A DNA stretch of 63,940 bases, filler included, from Octopus bimaculoides (lineage: Eukaryota), in the NCBI RefSeq assembly GCF_001194135.2. It is 7 parts of 7 records of this genome, joined end to end, with 100 filler letters (N's around TTAATTAATTAA, not from the genome) between each part and the next. Parts side by side here need not be neighbours in the genome. Positions count along the whole stretch, not along the records: positions 23,276 to 44,311 come from NC_068987.1; positions 44,412 to 53,678 come from NC_068982.1; 5 more parts are not named here. One strand, given 5' to 3'. The position numbers and the translations under genes were made by a program. The notes under the pieces are model-generated. The model saw nothing but the letters and a program-made list of their open reading frames with translations. It ran no database searches and was not told the DNA's origin. Below, in pieces: positions 37,784 through 49,849 of the stretch (positions are counted from its first letter, which is position 1; the number at the start of each line of letters is the position of its first letter).

Positions 37784-38250
37784 TGTGTGTGTGTGTGTTT
37801 CTTTGTATGTGTGTAAATGTGGGTGTGATTGCGAGAGGCCGAGAACGAGCGTGGTAGAGAGCGAGGGTGAGGAAGTGAATGTATAGTATTACAGGTGTGC
37901 AATCGCTGCACCTACAGAAATATTTATACAAATGAGCTTACCTGATTCATACACACTTTTATGAAGGGATAAGAAGATAAGCAAGTGCACGTTCATTCAT
38001 ACGGTCACGCCCACGCGCTCATTCACATATCCCCACAATGCACATACACACTATCGCATACATACACAGACGCACATATACACCACACACACACGTGCCT
38101 ACACACACACACGCACATAACCGCAATCATATCTATATACAAACATACATACACGAATGTACACATACACAACCACCACCCGCCCACACATACACACACA
38201 CATATATATATATGCTTGTATGTATATACGTGTGCGTGTGTATGAATGTA

Positions 38251-38309
<59 letters not shown>

Positions 38310-39349
38310 NNNNNNNNNNNNNNNNNNNNNNNNNNNNNNNNNNNNNNNNNNNNNNNNNNNNNNNNNNNNNNNNNNNNNNNNNNNNNNNNNNNNNNNNNNN
38401 NNNNNNNNNNNNNNNNNNNNNNNNNNNNNNNNNNNNNNNNNNNNNNNNNNNNNNNNNNNNNNNNNNNNNNNNNNNNNNNNNNNNNNNNNNNNNNNNNNNN
38501 NNNNNNNNNNNNNNNNNNNNNNNNNNNNNNNNNNNNNNNNNNNNNNNNNNNNNNNNNNNNNNNNNNNNNNNNNNNNNNNNNNNNNNNNNNNNNNNNNNNN
38601 NNNNNNNNNNNNNNNNNNNNNNNNNNNNNNNNNNNNNNNNNNNNNNNNNNNNNNNNNNNNNNNNNNNNNNNNNNNNNNNNNNNNNNNNNNNNNNNNNNNN
38701 NNNNNNNNNNNNNNNNNNNNNNNNNNNNNNNNNNNNNNNNNNNNNNNNNNNNNNNNNNNNNNNNNNNNNNNNNNNNNNNNNNNNNNNNNNNNNNNNNNNN
38801 NNNNNNNNNNNNNNNNNNNNNNNNNNNNNNNNNNNNNNNNNNNNNNNNNNNNNNNNNNNNNNNNNNNNNNNNNNNNNNNNNNNNNNNNNNNNNNNNNNNN
38901 NNNNNNNNNNNNNNNNNNNNNNNNNNNNNNNNNNNNNNNNNNNNNNNNNCAGACCTAATGAGTCAGTATGGCTCGAGAAGGTAACTTAACGTTTTTGTTT
39001 TTTTTTTACAACTACCTTCCTATAGATCTCTTTCGAACCTATAACGGTGCGAATACCCGATATTCTGGGACCCCAAGCTACTTCCCTTCTCAGTTCGATC
39101 AAGAGAAAGATTGATGCCCACATCCTGCGAACTGGAAGGCTCTTTCATAGTGTCTTTCGGCATACTGCATTCGCCATTGTAACTGTCGCGACTTCGAGAC
39201 ATTTATATGAAACGCCGTACTATATTTCTTAATTAACAAAATCTGCGAAATGATCTTAATTATTAGTAATTAGTAAAACTATCTATGTTGAACAATCTAA
39301 CACAAAGTGGTCTACGAATCTGAATAAGTAGAACAAAATCGCAGTCATC

Positions 39350-39700
39350 AAGTGGTTCATACAAATTTATCCAATTTGATGTTGGTAATTATAAACCTTT
39401 TGTACGCCAGAAAAGTGGTTTTCTTCAACAAAAAAAGAACATGAATTTTCCCAGAAGACATACTAATATCAATAGTAACTAGCTGACTTTAAGGTATCAT
39501 TTTTTTAGCAAGAAATCTTGCTGAATTATGAAGGGCAGAAAGGAAGATTTTGATGTCCCCATGAAGAATTTTGAGGAGCCCGGATTATGCGAGTTAGCAG
39601 GCTTGTTTTAGATCTATAAAATGCAGTTATTTTAATAGATGAAGAGGAAAATGAGAAACTTCTAACACAGAGATGAAAGTTAAAACGCCTTTATATAATT
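39350..39700 (+). mobile_element. Ancient Penelope-like (Naiad-type) RT remnant
   Basis: KFIQFDVGNYKPF (FIQFDIxxFYPSI), EDFDVPMKNFEEPGLCELAGLF (same spacing as FDVPMGSYDGAEVCELVG), HRDES (YRDD). Confidence 0.65.
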
Positions 39701-39975
39701 CGGGCCCAAGGACCCATCTTCAGTAGGGTTCATTTATGGAAATTTGTGTTTGTGGCCGACCTGTACAGTGATGGTGGGATCGTTGATTTCGAGCAGTGTG
39801 AGTGGTCGCGCGTGGTTGACACCCAACAAGGAAAGGAATAATTACAACAATCAATAATTTCAGTGTGATTTTGGTTGTTAAAGAGAAATTTAAAATAGAT
39901 ATTTTCCTAGATGTCACCTAAAACTGAACTCGAAATCGTTGTAGCCTTTCAAGAAATTAGTCAACACGCCTATTA

Positions 39976-40353
39976 TTCTTATCTACTCTAGGCACATGGC
40001 CCGAAATTTTTTTGAGTGGTGGGGAGCAGTCGATTAGATCGGCACTGGTACGCAACTGGTACTTAATTTATCGACCCCGAAGGATGACAGGCAAAGTCGA
40101 TCTCGGCGAAATATGAACTCAGAACGTAAAGACAGACGAAATACCGCTAAACATTTCGCCCGGCGTGCTAACGATTCTTATTTCTTTATTGCCCACAAGG
40201 GGCTAAACATAGAGGGGAGAAACAAGGACAGACAAAGGGATTGAGTCGATTACATCGACCCCAATGCGTAACTGGTACTTAATTTATCGACCCCGAAGGA
40301 TGACAGGCAAAGTCGATCTCGGCGAAATATGAACTCAGAACGTAAAGACAGAC
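39976..40353 (-). mobile_element. Two tandem SINE B copies with different tails
   Basis: An identical 84-bp core occurs twice. Confidence 0.85.
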
Positions 40354-40787
40354 NNNNNNNNNNNNNNNNNNNNNNNNNNNNNNNNNNNNNNNNNNNNNNN
40401 NNNNNNNNNNNNNNNNNNNNNNNNNNNNNNNNNNNNNNNNNNNNNNNNNNNNNNNNNNNNNNNNNNNNNNNNNNNNNNNNNNNNNNNNNNNNNNNNNNNN
40501 NNNNNNNNNNNNNNNNNNNNNNNNNNNNNNNNNNNNNNNNNNNNNNNNNNNNNNNNNNNNNNNNNNNNNNNNNNNNNNNNNNNNNNNNNNNNNNNNNNNN
40601 NNNNNNNNNNNNNNNNNNNNNNNNNNNNNNNNNNNNNNNNNNNNNNNNNNNNNNNNNNNNNNNNNNNNNNNNNNNNNNNNNNNNNNNNNNNNNNNNNNNN
40701 NNNNNNNNNNNNNNNNNNNNNNNNNNNNNNNNNNNNNNNNNNNNNNNNNNNNNNNNNNNNNNNNNNNNNNNNNNNNNNNNNNNNNNN

Positions 40788-41107
40788 NCCAGACCGGGCG
40801 TTGTGAGTGTTTATTGAGCGAAAACATCTAAAGCTCCATGAGGCTCCGACAGGGGATGGTGGCGAACTCTGCTGTACTCTTCCACCACAACTTTCTCTCA
40901 CTCTTACTCCCTGTTTCTGTTGTGCCTGTAATTCAAAGGGTCAGCCTTGTCACACTGTGTCACGCTGAATATCCCCGAGAACTACGTTAAGGGTAGACGT
41001 GTCTGTAGAGTGCTCAGCCACTTGCACGTTAATTTCACGAGCAGGCTGTTCCGTTGATCGGATCAACTGGAACCCTCGACGTCGTAAGCGACGGAGTGCC
41101 AACAACA
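40788..41107 (+). mobile_element. SINE C, head in gap
   Basis: CCAGACCGGGCGTTGTGAG...GGAACCCTCGACGTCGTAAGCGACGGAGTGCCAACAACAG. Confidence 0.9.
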
Positions 41108-41109
41108 GA

Positions 41110-41305
41110 AACTACACTATAAGCGGTGATATAAATTACTGAATATCTTTTGCTACGTTATAAGCGACAATATACACTACAAGCGGCGATATGCATTATT
41201 GTATGTTTAGTAACTACATTCTAGGCGACGATATTATTGTATGTCATATACTGCATTATAAGCTGTGATACACATTATTGTGCATTTAGTAACAATGTTA
41301 TAGAT
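41110..41305. repeat. Degenerate minisatellite, unit about 20-42 bp
   Basis: About five ACTACANTATAAGCGGNGATA...CATTATTGTATGTTTAGTA-like units. Confidence 0.6.
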
Positions 41306-42499
41306 GAAGAATTGCCGAAATCGTCAAAGCTTTAGACAGATCAACTTTATCTCATCCTTTTCGGATTAATAAATAAAAAAAACTGGAGTCGAATCTAATC
41401 CCTCCCTTCCTCACTCACTCTTTGTTTCTTTTTTCTTTCTTCCTCTTTCTTTCTCTTTTTTTTCTTTCTTTCTCTTTCTGGAATAAATCTATTATTGTTG
41501 GATCTGGAGAGGTCTGGACTCCGACAGGTTTAAAAGTACCCAAGATGTATATGTCAGGCTCAAGGCTCAAGGCTAGACAAACAGTATATAATCTAATGCG
41601 TTCTGACGGTAGTGATTTTGGGGCAAACATTTCGCTGTTGTCTCTAGCATGTCAAGTGACCGCCTTTGGTTTTCTTCGTTAGCCCTAAGAACTATTGTGA
41701 ATGTGTATGTGTGGGGGATGCATGANNNNNNNNNNNNNNNNNNNNNNNNNNNNNNNNNNNNNNNNNNNNNNNNNNNNNNNNNNNNNNNNNNNNNNNNNNN
41801 NNNNNNNNNNNNNNNNNNNNNNNNNNNNNNNNNNNNNNNNNNNNNNNNNNNNNNNNNNNNNNNNNNNNNNNNNNNNNNNNNNNNNNNNNNNNNNNNNNNN
41901 NNNNNNNNNNNNNNNNNNNNNNNNNNNNNNNNNNNNNNNNNNNNNNNNNNNNNNNNNNNNNNNNNNNNNNNNNNNNNNNNNNNNNNNNNNNNNNNNNNNN
42001 NNNNNNNNNNNNNNNNNNNNNNNNNNNNNNNNNNNNNNNNNNNNNNNNNNNNNNNNNNNNNNNNNNNNNNNNNNNNNNNNNTCTTCGTTAGCCCTAAGAA
42101 CTATTGTGAATGTGTATGTGTGGGGGATGCATGAGTGTGTGTGCGCGCGTACTTATGTATGTGTCAGTATATATGGGTTTGAGTGTGTGTGTGTGTATGT
42201 GTGCGCGCGCGCATGTGGAGATGTGTGGTAGAATGATGTAATGTGGATGAGTCAATTTAGCAAGAAGTAATGGCGACGACGGTGGCGCTGGATCTATTCT
42301 CGTAAACAAACGCTATTTATACGTCCGGTCGTTCAGATAACAGATTTGCTACTGATGCGGCGTGTAAAGCTGTGTGTATACCAGTTAATGAAGGGACCTC
42401 AAAGTGGTCTTTAGGCATGGTAGAAACAACAGCAAAAATATCTACTCTTTACATAATGGAAGGTCAGAATGGATGATTGTAATCCTAGATATGGATGTA

Positions 42500-42818
42500 G
42501 TGACACTCCGTCGGTTACGACGGCGAGGGTTCCAGCTGATCCGATCAACGGAACAGCCTGCTCGTGAAGTTAATGTGCTGAGCACTCCACAGACACGCGT
42601 ACCCTTAATGTACTTCTCAGGGAGGTTCGGCGTGACACAGTAAGTGACAAGACCGGCCCTTTGAAATACAGGTACTACACATTTTGGCCAGCTGAGTGGA
42701 CAGGAGCAACATGAAATAAAAGTGTCTTGCTCAAGGACACAACGTGCCGCCGGGAATCGAACTCACGACCTTACAATCGCAAGCCGATTACCCTAACCGC
42801 TAAGCCACGCGACTTCAC
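42500..42818 (-). mobile_element. SINE C variant with a different tRNA-like head
   Basis: CACTCCGTCGGTTACGACGGCGAGGGTTCCAG tail; GGGAATCGAACTC B box on the reverse complement. Confidence 0.8.
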
Positions 42819-42831
42819 TATGGATGTAATA

Positions 42832-43020
42832 TCGTTTCTGCTCTAGGCACAAGGCCCGAAATTTTAGGGAAGGGGCCAGTCGATTAGATCAACCCCAGTA
42901 CGCAACTGGTACTTAATTTATCAACCCCGAAAGAATGAGAGGCAACGTCAACCGCGGTGGAATTTGAACTCAGAACGTAAAGACAGACGTGCTAACGTTT
43001 CTGCCAGCTCACCGCCTTAC
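42832..43020 (-). mobile_element. SINE B
   Basis: CTCTAGGCACAAGGCCCGAAAT...GTGCTAACGTTTCTGCCAGCTCACCGCCTTA. Confidence 0.85.
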
Positions 43021-43840
43021 TATGAAAGTAATATAACTGGATAAAAGACGTAATTAGCAAAGGTAGAACGCTTATCTGAGGTATGACCAGCAACACCAAC
43101 CACAACAACAATAGCTAAACCAATACAGGAACTGCCACGTGATCGCTCGACCTGCTGAAAATAGCAACCAAGTTATTCTCAAACCACCTCTTCNNNNNNN
43201 NNNNNNNNNNNNNNNNNNNNNNNNNNNNNNNNNNNNNNNNNNNNNNNNNNNNNNNNNNNNNNNNNNNNNNNNNNNNNNNNNNNNNNNNNNNNNNNNNNNN
43301 NNNNNNNNNNNNNNNNNNNNNNNNNNNNNNNNNNNNNNNNNNNNNNNNNNNNNNNNNNNNNNNNNNNNNNNNNNNNNNNNNNNNNNNNNNNNNNNNNNNN
43401 NNNNNNNNNNNNNNNNNNNNNNNNNNNNNNNNNNNNNNNNNNNNNNNNNNNNNNNNNNNNNNNNNNNNNNNNNNNNNNNNNNNNNNNNNNNNNNNNNNNN
43501 NNNNNNNNNNNNNNNNNNNNNNNNNNNNNNNNNNNNNNNNNNNNNNNNNNNNNNNNNNNNNNNNNNNNNNNNNNNNNNNNNNNNNNNNNNNNNNNNNNNN
43601 NNNNNNNNNNNNNNNNNNNNNNNNNNNNNNNNNNNNNNNNNNNNNNNNNNNNNNNNNNNNNNNNNNNNNNNNNNNNNNNNNNNNNNNNNNNNNNNNNNNN
43701 NNNNNNNNNNNNNNNNNNNNNNNNNNNNNNNNNNNNNNNNNNNNNNNNNNNNNNNNNNNNNNNNNNNNNNNNNNNNNNNNNNNNNNNNNNNNNNNNNNNN
43801 NNNNNNNNNNNNNNNNNNNNNNNNNNNNNNNNNNNNNNNN

Positions 43841-43882
<42 letters not shown>

Positions 43883-44435
43883 AGTATATAGATTCAGAGA
43901 ATCGTATGGCTACCACAGAAAGCTAACAGTCCACATGTCTATTTGCATTGATTTGTAAATTTACTATTGTATTCCATAATGCCAGACACACATATTAATG
44001 CAAACCGAAAAGCATAAATTTCATAAATTTCTTCCACACTGAAATTAATAGTACATGAAGAAAGTTGCGAAACGGCCGAAGTCCTAAGGATGTCACGTGG
44101 TTAAATAGATTTATATTCATCTCTCATACACACACACACACACATATATATACATACATATATATATATAAACAAATAGTAAATGAGTATATGCATATAT
44201 ACGTACAGGTATGTGCATACCGACATCCACCTGTATGTATAGGTGCATATCTGGGTACAGGACATTGCAAACAAAACGTAGACGAGAAAACACACAAGCC
44301 ATATATATATANNNNNNNNNNNNNNNNNNNNNNNNNNNNNNNNNNNNNNNNNNNNTTAATTAATTAANNNNNNNNNNNNNNNNNNNNNNNNNNNNNNNNN
44401 NNNNNNNNNNNTGTGTGTGTGTGTGTGTGTGTGTA

Positions 44436-44636
44436 CGAGAGTGTACTGAAAAGTTCCTAGCTTTTTGAGGGTAACACAAAAGCATGGCAAGATGTATAAC
44501 CTTCCGGATTCTTTTACAGTGATTAGAAAATCTGAAGGACCGCTACAATAAGTGTAGAGGGGAATACGCTGGATAAAATTATAATTAACTGCTCCTCCTG
44601 TATTTTCAAAACCAGGAGCCTTTCAGCGCCCCCTTG
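44436..44636 (+). mobile_element. Internally deleted mariner (MITE-like)
   Basis: TA|CGAGAGTGTACTGAAAAGTTCCTAG ... CCAGGAGCCTTTCAGCGCCCCCTTG TIRs; interior resembles the transposase C-terminus (LENLKDRYNKC..GEY). Confidence 0.7.
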
Positions 44637-44701
44637 TTTACATACATACATACATGCATGCATGCATGCATACATTCATACATACATACATACATACATA
44701 C

Positions 44702-44900
44702 AGATCGCTGACCGCTACATTTATATATTTTTTCTCCTTGTTTTTCTCATTTCTTTCTGTGTTCCTTTCAGTTGAAGAGCGTAGGCTCGAAACGTCAAAG
44801 ACTTTCTCTATTCCCGAGCGTTAAACTAATACATCCATTTGTTGTTTACACCACCTGTCCTCGTCTATTGTTGCTGTTTTTTTTTTCGTAAATTCTCCCA
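44702..44900 (+). mobile_element. Hammerhead-bearing repeat, copy 3, inside (CATA)n
   Basis: Homologous to copies 1 and 2. Confidence 0.75.
44765..44800 (+). ncRNA. Minimal type I hammerhead motif, predicted GUC cleavage after 44796
   Basis: CTTT CAGTTGA A GAGC-gtag-GCTC GAAAC GT C AAAG. Confidence 0.65.
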
Positions 44901-44929
44901 TACATACATGCATGCATTCATACATACAA

Positions 44930-45036
44930 ATACCCTGTTGCTGATGTTGAAATTCCAATGAAGGAGCCTTGGATCTAGGTTAGAAACCGGCTCTTTCTCT
45001 ATTGGCAAGAAATCTTGAAATAAGACTGAACAATAA
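44930..45036 (+). mobile_element. 3'-UTR-only R4-clade LINE insertion inside (CATA)n
   Basis: ACCCTGTT...ATTCCAATGAAGGAGCCTTGGATCT...GTTAGAAACCGGCTC matches the 3' UTR after the stop at 59994. Confidence 0.7.
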
Positions 45037-46884
45037 CATACATACATACATACATACATACATACATACATACATACATACATGCATACATACATACCAT
45101 TTTATATACGAAAACAAAGGAGACGTAAAATAACATAAATACATGAGACTGAACATGTAAACACAAGCAAACTTACAAGCGGAGACATATACACGCAGTC
45201 ATCGGTTGTATTATTTAGGAACAATTAAATGATAACCATGACGAGATTACCACCGACTCTTTGCTTCCACGGCTACGGCTGCCAATGCCGCTGCCGCTGC
45301 CGCTGCTGCTGCTGCTGCGTTTGTTGCTGCCATTTACTGCTGCCCAGATCTACCAAAACATCCCTATCGCCAAAACAATAACGAAGGATTTCTTATCTCT
45401 GATAATACGCTGATTATTAACAACTGAATACATACCCCCCCCCCCNNNNNNNNNNNNNNNNNNNNNNNNNNNNNNNNNNNNNNNNNNNNNNNNNNNNNNN
45501 NNNNNNNNNNNNNNNNNNNNNNNNNNNNNNNNNNNNNNNNNNNNNNNNNNNNNNNNNNNNNNNNNNNNNNNNNNNNNNNNNNNNNNNNNNNNNNNNNNNN
45601 NNNNNNNNNNNNNNNNNNNNNNNNNNNNNNNNNNNNNNNNNNNNNNNNNNNNNNNNNNNNNNNNNNNNNNNNNNNNNNNNNNNNNNNNNNNNNNNNNNNN
45701 NNNNNNNNNNNNNNNNNNNNNNNNNNNNNNNNNNNNNNNNNNNNNNNNNNNNNNNNNNNNNNNNNNNNNNNNNNNNNNNNNNNNNNNNNNNNNNNNNNNN
45801 NNNNNNNNNNNNNNNNNNNNNNNNNNNNNNNNNNNNNNNNNNNNNNNNNNNNNNNNNNNNNNNNNNNNNNNNNNNNNNNNNNNNNNNNNNNNNNNNNNNN
45901 NNNNNNNNNNNNNNNNNNNNNNNNNNNNNNNNNNNNNNNNNNNNNNNNNNNNNNNNNNNNNNNNNNNNNNNNNNNNNNNNNNNNNNNNNNNNNNNNNNNN
46001 NNNNNNNNNNNNNNNNNNNNNNNNNNNNNNNNNNNNNNNNNNCACACACACACACACACACACATACACACACTCTCTCTCTCTTTCTTTCTCTGTCTCT
46101 CACTCTTCCTTTCTCGATCAACCAACCATCTCGGCTCCACCCTCTCTCTTACATCTCACTCTCAAATTCTCTTCCTCTCTCTCTCTCTCTCTCTCTCTCT
46201 ATTTATCTCTCCTCCCGTTCTCTCTCTATTTCCCTCTCTCCTCCCCCTCTTTCTCTATTTCTTTCCTCCTCCTCTCTCTCTACTTCTTTCTCCCCCCTCT
46301 CTCTCTCTATTTCTCTCTCTCTATTTCTCTCTCTCCTCCCCCTCTCTCTGTCTATCACCTCCTTGTCTATCTGCTCAATCACAAGCCTGTCTGACACATC
46401 TTCGTTAAAAGAGAGGATTTTCGTTTTATCACACAACGATTGACATGTGAGTTGACCAATCTAAACAGATAAACAGACAAGACATGTCTTCGGACCTCTA
46501 TCAGAAATAATTGTTATTGCTTCGTGTTCTTTTGCTTTCTTTTTTTTTTTTTTTTCCTTTTCTTTTCTTTTCATTTTCTTGTTTTTGTCGTTTTATTGGC
46601 GGAACCAACCGTTGATTGTCAATTCCACCACCCTCTACAACCACTCATCCACCACCCTCATTCACTAAAGCCGTTACTACATGGGTCTGCTTTCTATTTG
46701 CAGTTACTTTTCCAACTCCTTTTCACATCTCTTTCACAATCACCTTTTTTTTTCTGTACCAATCTCTCTCCTCACTTTCTCTCTCACTTCTTTCCCTCCC
46801 TCTCCACTCTCTGCATCTATCTATCAGTCTATCTATCTATCTTTGTTCCAAAATGGGTTTCGTGAGATCCCTGCGTTAAATTCG

Positions 46885-46943
<59 letters not shown>

Positions 46944-47287
46944 TAAGGCTACAATTCTTCAAGTCGATCATATAGAAAAATGATTGTCTCCATTTTGAAT
47001 TTTAGAAAATAATTTTATCCACTCATTCTCATTGTTCGATATTTNNNNNNNNNNNNNNNNNNNNNNNNNNNNNNNNNNNNNNNNNNNNNNNNNNNNNNNN
47101 NNNNNNNNNNNNNNNNNNNNNNNNNNNNNNNNNNNNNNNNNNNNNNNNNNNNNNNNNNNNNNNNNNNNNNNNNNNNNNNNNNNNNNNNNNNNNNNNNNNN
47201 NNNNNNNNNNNNNNNNNNNNNNNNNNNNNNNNNNNNNNNNNNNNNNNNNNNNNNNNNNNNNNNNNNNNNNNNNNNNNNNNNNNNNNN

Positions 47288-48016
47288 GTGAGAAAAACAT
47301 CACCATGACTCAATTCACTCTGCTAGAAATTTGGAAATGACATGCTGTACTACTTGGCATTCGCACCGGAAGCTCCAATACAAACATTTCAGAGTATTTG
47401 GGTGTCAATCTGAGGATAGTGCAATCTGGGGACGTGTACTGAAAGTCATAGAAATCAAACATCCAGTCAGCATCATGGTGTTTGGAGTGATCACTAGTGA
47501 TTGCGACGTTATGCCTCCATTCATCTTCCCACATGGCCTCACACTCAACACAGAGGCCTACATCAAGTGCTTGGGGGAGTCAGTGCTGTCCTGGGTCAAG
47601 AGGGTAGCTGCTGGAAGACTCTCTCTCTGGCAACAGGACTCTGCACCATGCCAAAGAAGCAGGAGAACCAAGTCATGGCTCTCAGACAATTTCTGCGACC
47701 ACATCATCCCTAACATCTGGTCACCTAACTCCCCAGACTGTAACCCCCTTGATTATTATGTGTGGGGCGCAGTTGAGCGAGAGACCAACAAAACACCTTG
47801 TAATACACCAAAGATGAACTAAAGGTAAGGATTATGGCTGCATTCGCCAACTTAAACAAGGAAACTGTCCAGAAGAGTTGCAGGAGATTTCGAAGTCGTC
47901 TGGAGGCCGTAGTTGAAGCCAATGGCGAGTTTATTGAATAAATTTACTCCTTAGTATTTCAAGGTATTTTTATGTAATTTTGGTTAATATATCTATTAAA
48001 ATGAGATGCCAGTGTT
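47288..48016 (+). mobile_element. maT (DD37D) transposase remnant
   Basis: IMVFGVITSD...WQQDSAP...WSPNSPDCNPLDYYVWG; counted 37 residues between the last two Asp; flanked by gaps. Confidence 0.9.
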
Positions 48017-48776
48017 NNNNNNNNNNNNNNNNNNNNNNNNNNNNNNNNNNNNNNNNNNNNNNNNNNNNNNNNNNNNNNNNNNNNNNNNNNNNNNNNNNNN
48101 NNNNNNNNNNNNNNNNNNNNNNNNNNNNNNNNNNNNNNNNNNNNNNNNNNNNNNNNNNNNNNNNNNNNNNNNNNNNNNNNNNNNNNNNNNNNNNNNNNNN
48201 NNNNNNNNNNNNNNNNNNNNNNNNNNNNNNNNNNNNNNNNNNNNNNNNNNNNNNNNNNNNNNNNNNNNNNNNNNNNNNNNNNNNNNNNNNNNNNNNNNNN
48301 NNNNNNNNNNNNNNNNNNNNNNNNNNNNNNNNNNNNNNNNNNNNNNNNNNNNNNNNNNNNNNNNNNNNNNNNNNNNNNNNNNNNNNNNNNNNNNNNNNNN
48401 NNNNNNNNNNNNNNNNNNNNNNNNNNNNNNNNNNNNNNNNNNNNNNNNNNNNNNNNNNNNNNNNNNNNNNNNNNNNNNNNNNNNNNNNNNNNNNNNNNNN
48501 NNNNNNNNNNNNNNNNNNNNNNNNNNNNNNNNNNNNNNNNNNNNNNNNNNNNNNNNNTATATATATATTAGGGTAAAGTATACATGTACGTTTTTAGCAT
48601 TTACTTACTCGTGGGTGCTTTAGGGAATTTAATTACGAAATAAACCTATAAGTATCGAATATGTAGCTATGGCAATGCGTATTAGACACCAGGCTTACAT
48701 AAACGTAAAGGAAAACGGTTTTAGTTTCCACGAGAAGGATAACATTTCAAGAGAAATCTAACACTATTGTATTAAT

Positions 48777-49436
48777 AACATAGACAAATACAGGTATATC
48801 AAATATCATACAACTTAAATTCATGTTTATTAAAATTGTCTAGTCCTCTACAGGTTGTGTCATAATTGTTAAAGGCAATTGAGACTAACTCCATATGAGA
48901 AAAGAAGATAATCTGGCAAGAAACAAGAATTCTCCAAAGTTAACATGCTATTAAGGAAAAAGACAGATTTATTGTCTGGTGATAAGAGGACAGTTGCGTA
49001 CACATGTTCCCGCCTCAGTAGGACATCATCAGCACTATTGTCCTACCCTACCTTCAGAAGCCAAGGGATATGGATATATGCAAAGAATAGTACACATTTA
49101 TGGCCTAAGTAATTTGCTTATACTATGAGAAATGAGCTACGAAAAATAACTTAGAGCAACCAGTCGCATGTATTGAACAACACAGACAAATACTGGTTTA
49201 TAAGATATCATCAACATAAATTCTTGATTTATCAAAATTATCTCTGCCTCTAGAGGTTATGTCACAAGTGCTAAATGACAATTGAGACCGGATCCATATG
49301 GAAAGAGTATAGGCAATCTCACGAATGAAGTATTTTCTGAAATTGACGTACAATTACAGAAAAGATAGGCTTATTGTTTGGTGATAAGAGGAAAATCGTG
49401 GATAGACGTTTCTGTCTCTATAGGCGTCATCAAAAC
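48777..49436. repeat. Old direct duplication, period about 402 bp
   Basis: 48777-49035 aligns with 49179-49436 (shared ACAGACAAATAC, CCTCTANAGGTT, CAATTGAGAC, TCCATATG, GGTGATAAGAGG). Confidence 0.75.
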
Positions 49437-49787
49437 CTACTTACCTTCATTCGGAACAATTCTGGTCCTTTTATACTGATTTTCATTTTGGGCAACACCG
49501 AGTATTTTTCCATGCTGGGTGGAAGTGTGGATTGTATGATTTGTTCTTTCCTTTTTTTTTTTTTTTTCTCTCTTTGATTACTCTTTCACCTGCCTCTTTC
49601 CATTTCTCTCTCTATTCTTCTTCTTAAGTATTTAAATTTGCGTTCATAGATGAGGTGTGTTTCCATCATAACGCTATGGAGACAGACAATTAGCATCATC
49701 ATTATGGATTTTTGTGATTCGGAAAAGATTGACATTTGTATGTATGTACGTATGTATTATGTATGTATGTATGTATGTATGTATGTA

Positions 49788-49840
<53 letters not shown>

Positions 49841-49849
49841 TTGACTCAT

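Noticed and set aside
41673-42134. 53-bp direct repeat (41673-41725 and 42082-42134)
   Set aside because: The copies flank an N gap exactly, the typical signature of unmerged overlapping contig ends.
44950-45000. Hammerhead-like CCAATGA...GAAACCGG in the R4 3' UTR
   Set aside because: All copies lack U4 and G5, and the better fold is a plain 9-bp hairpin.
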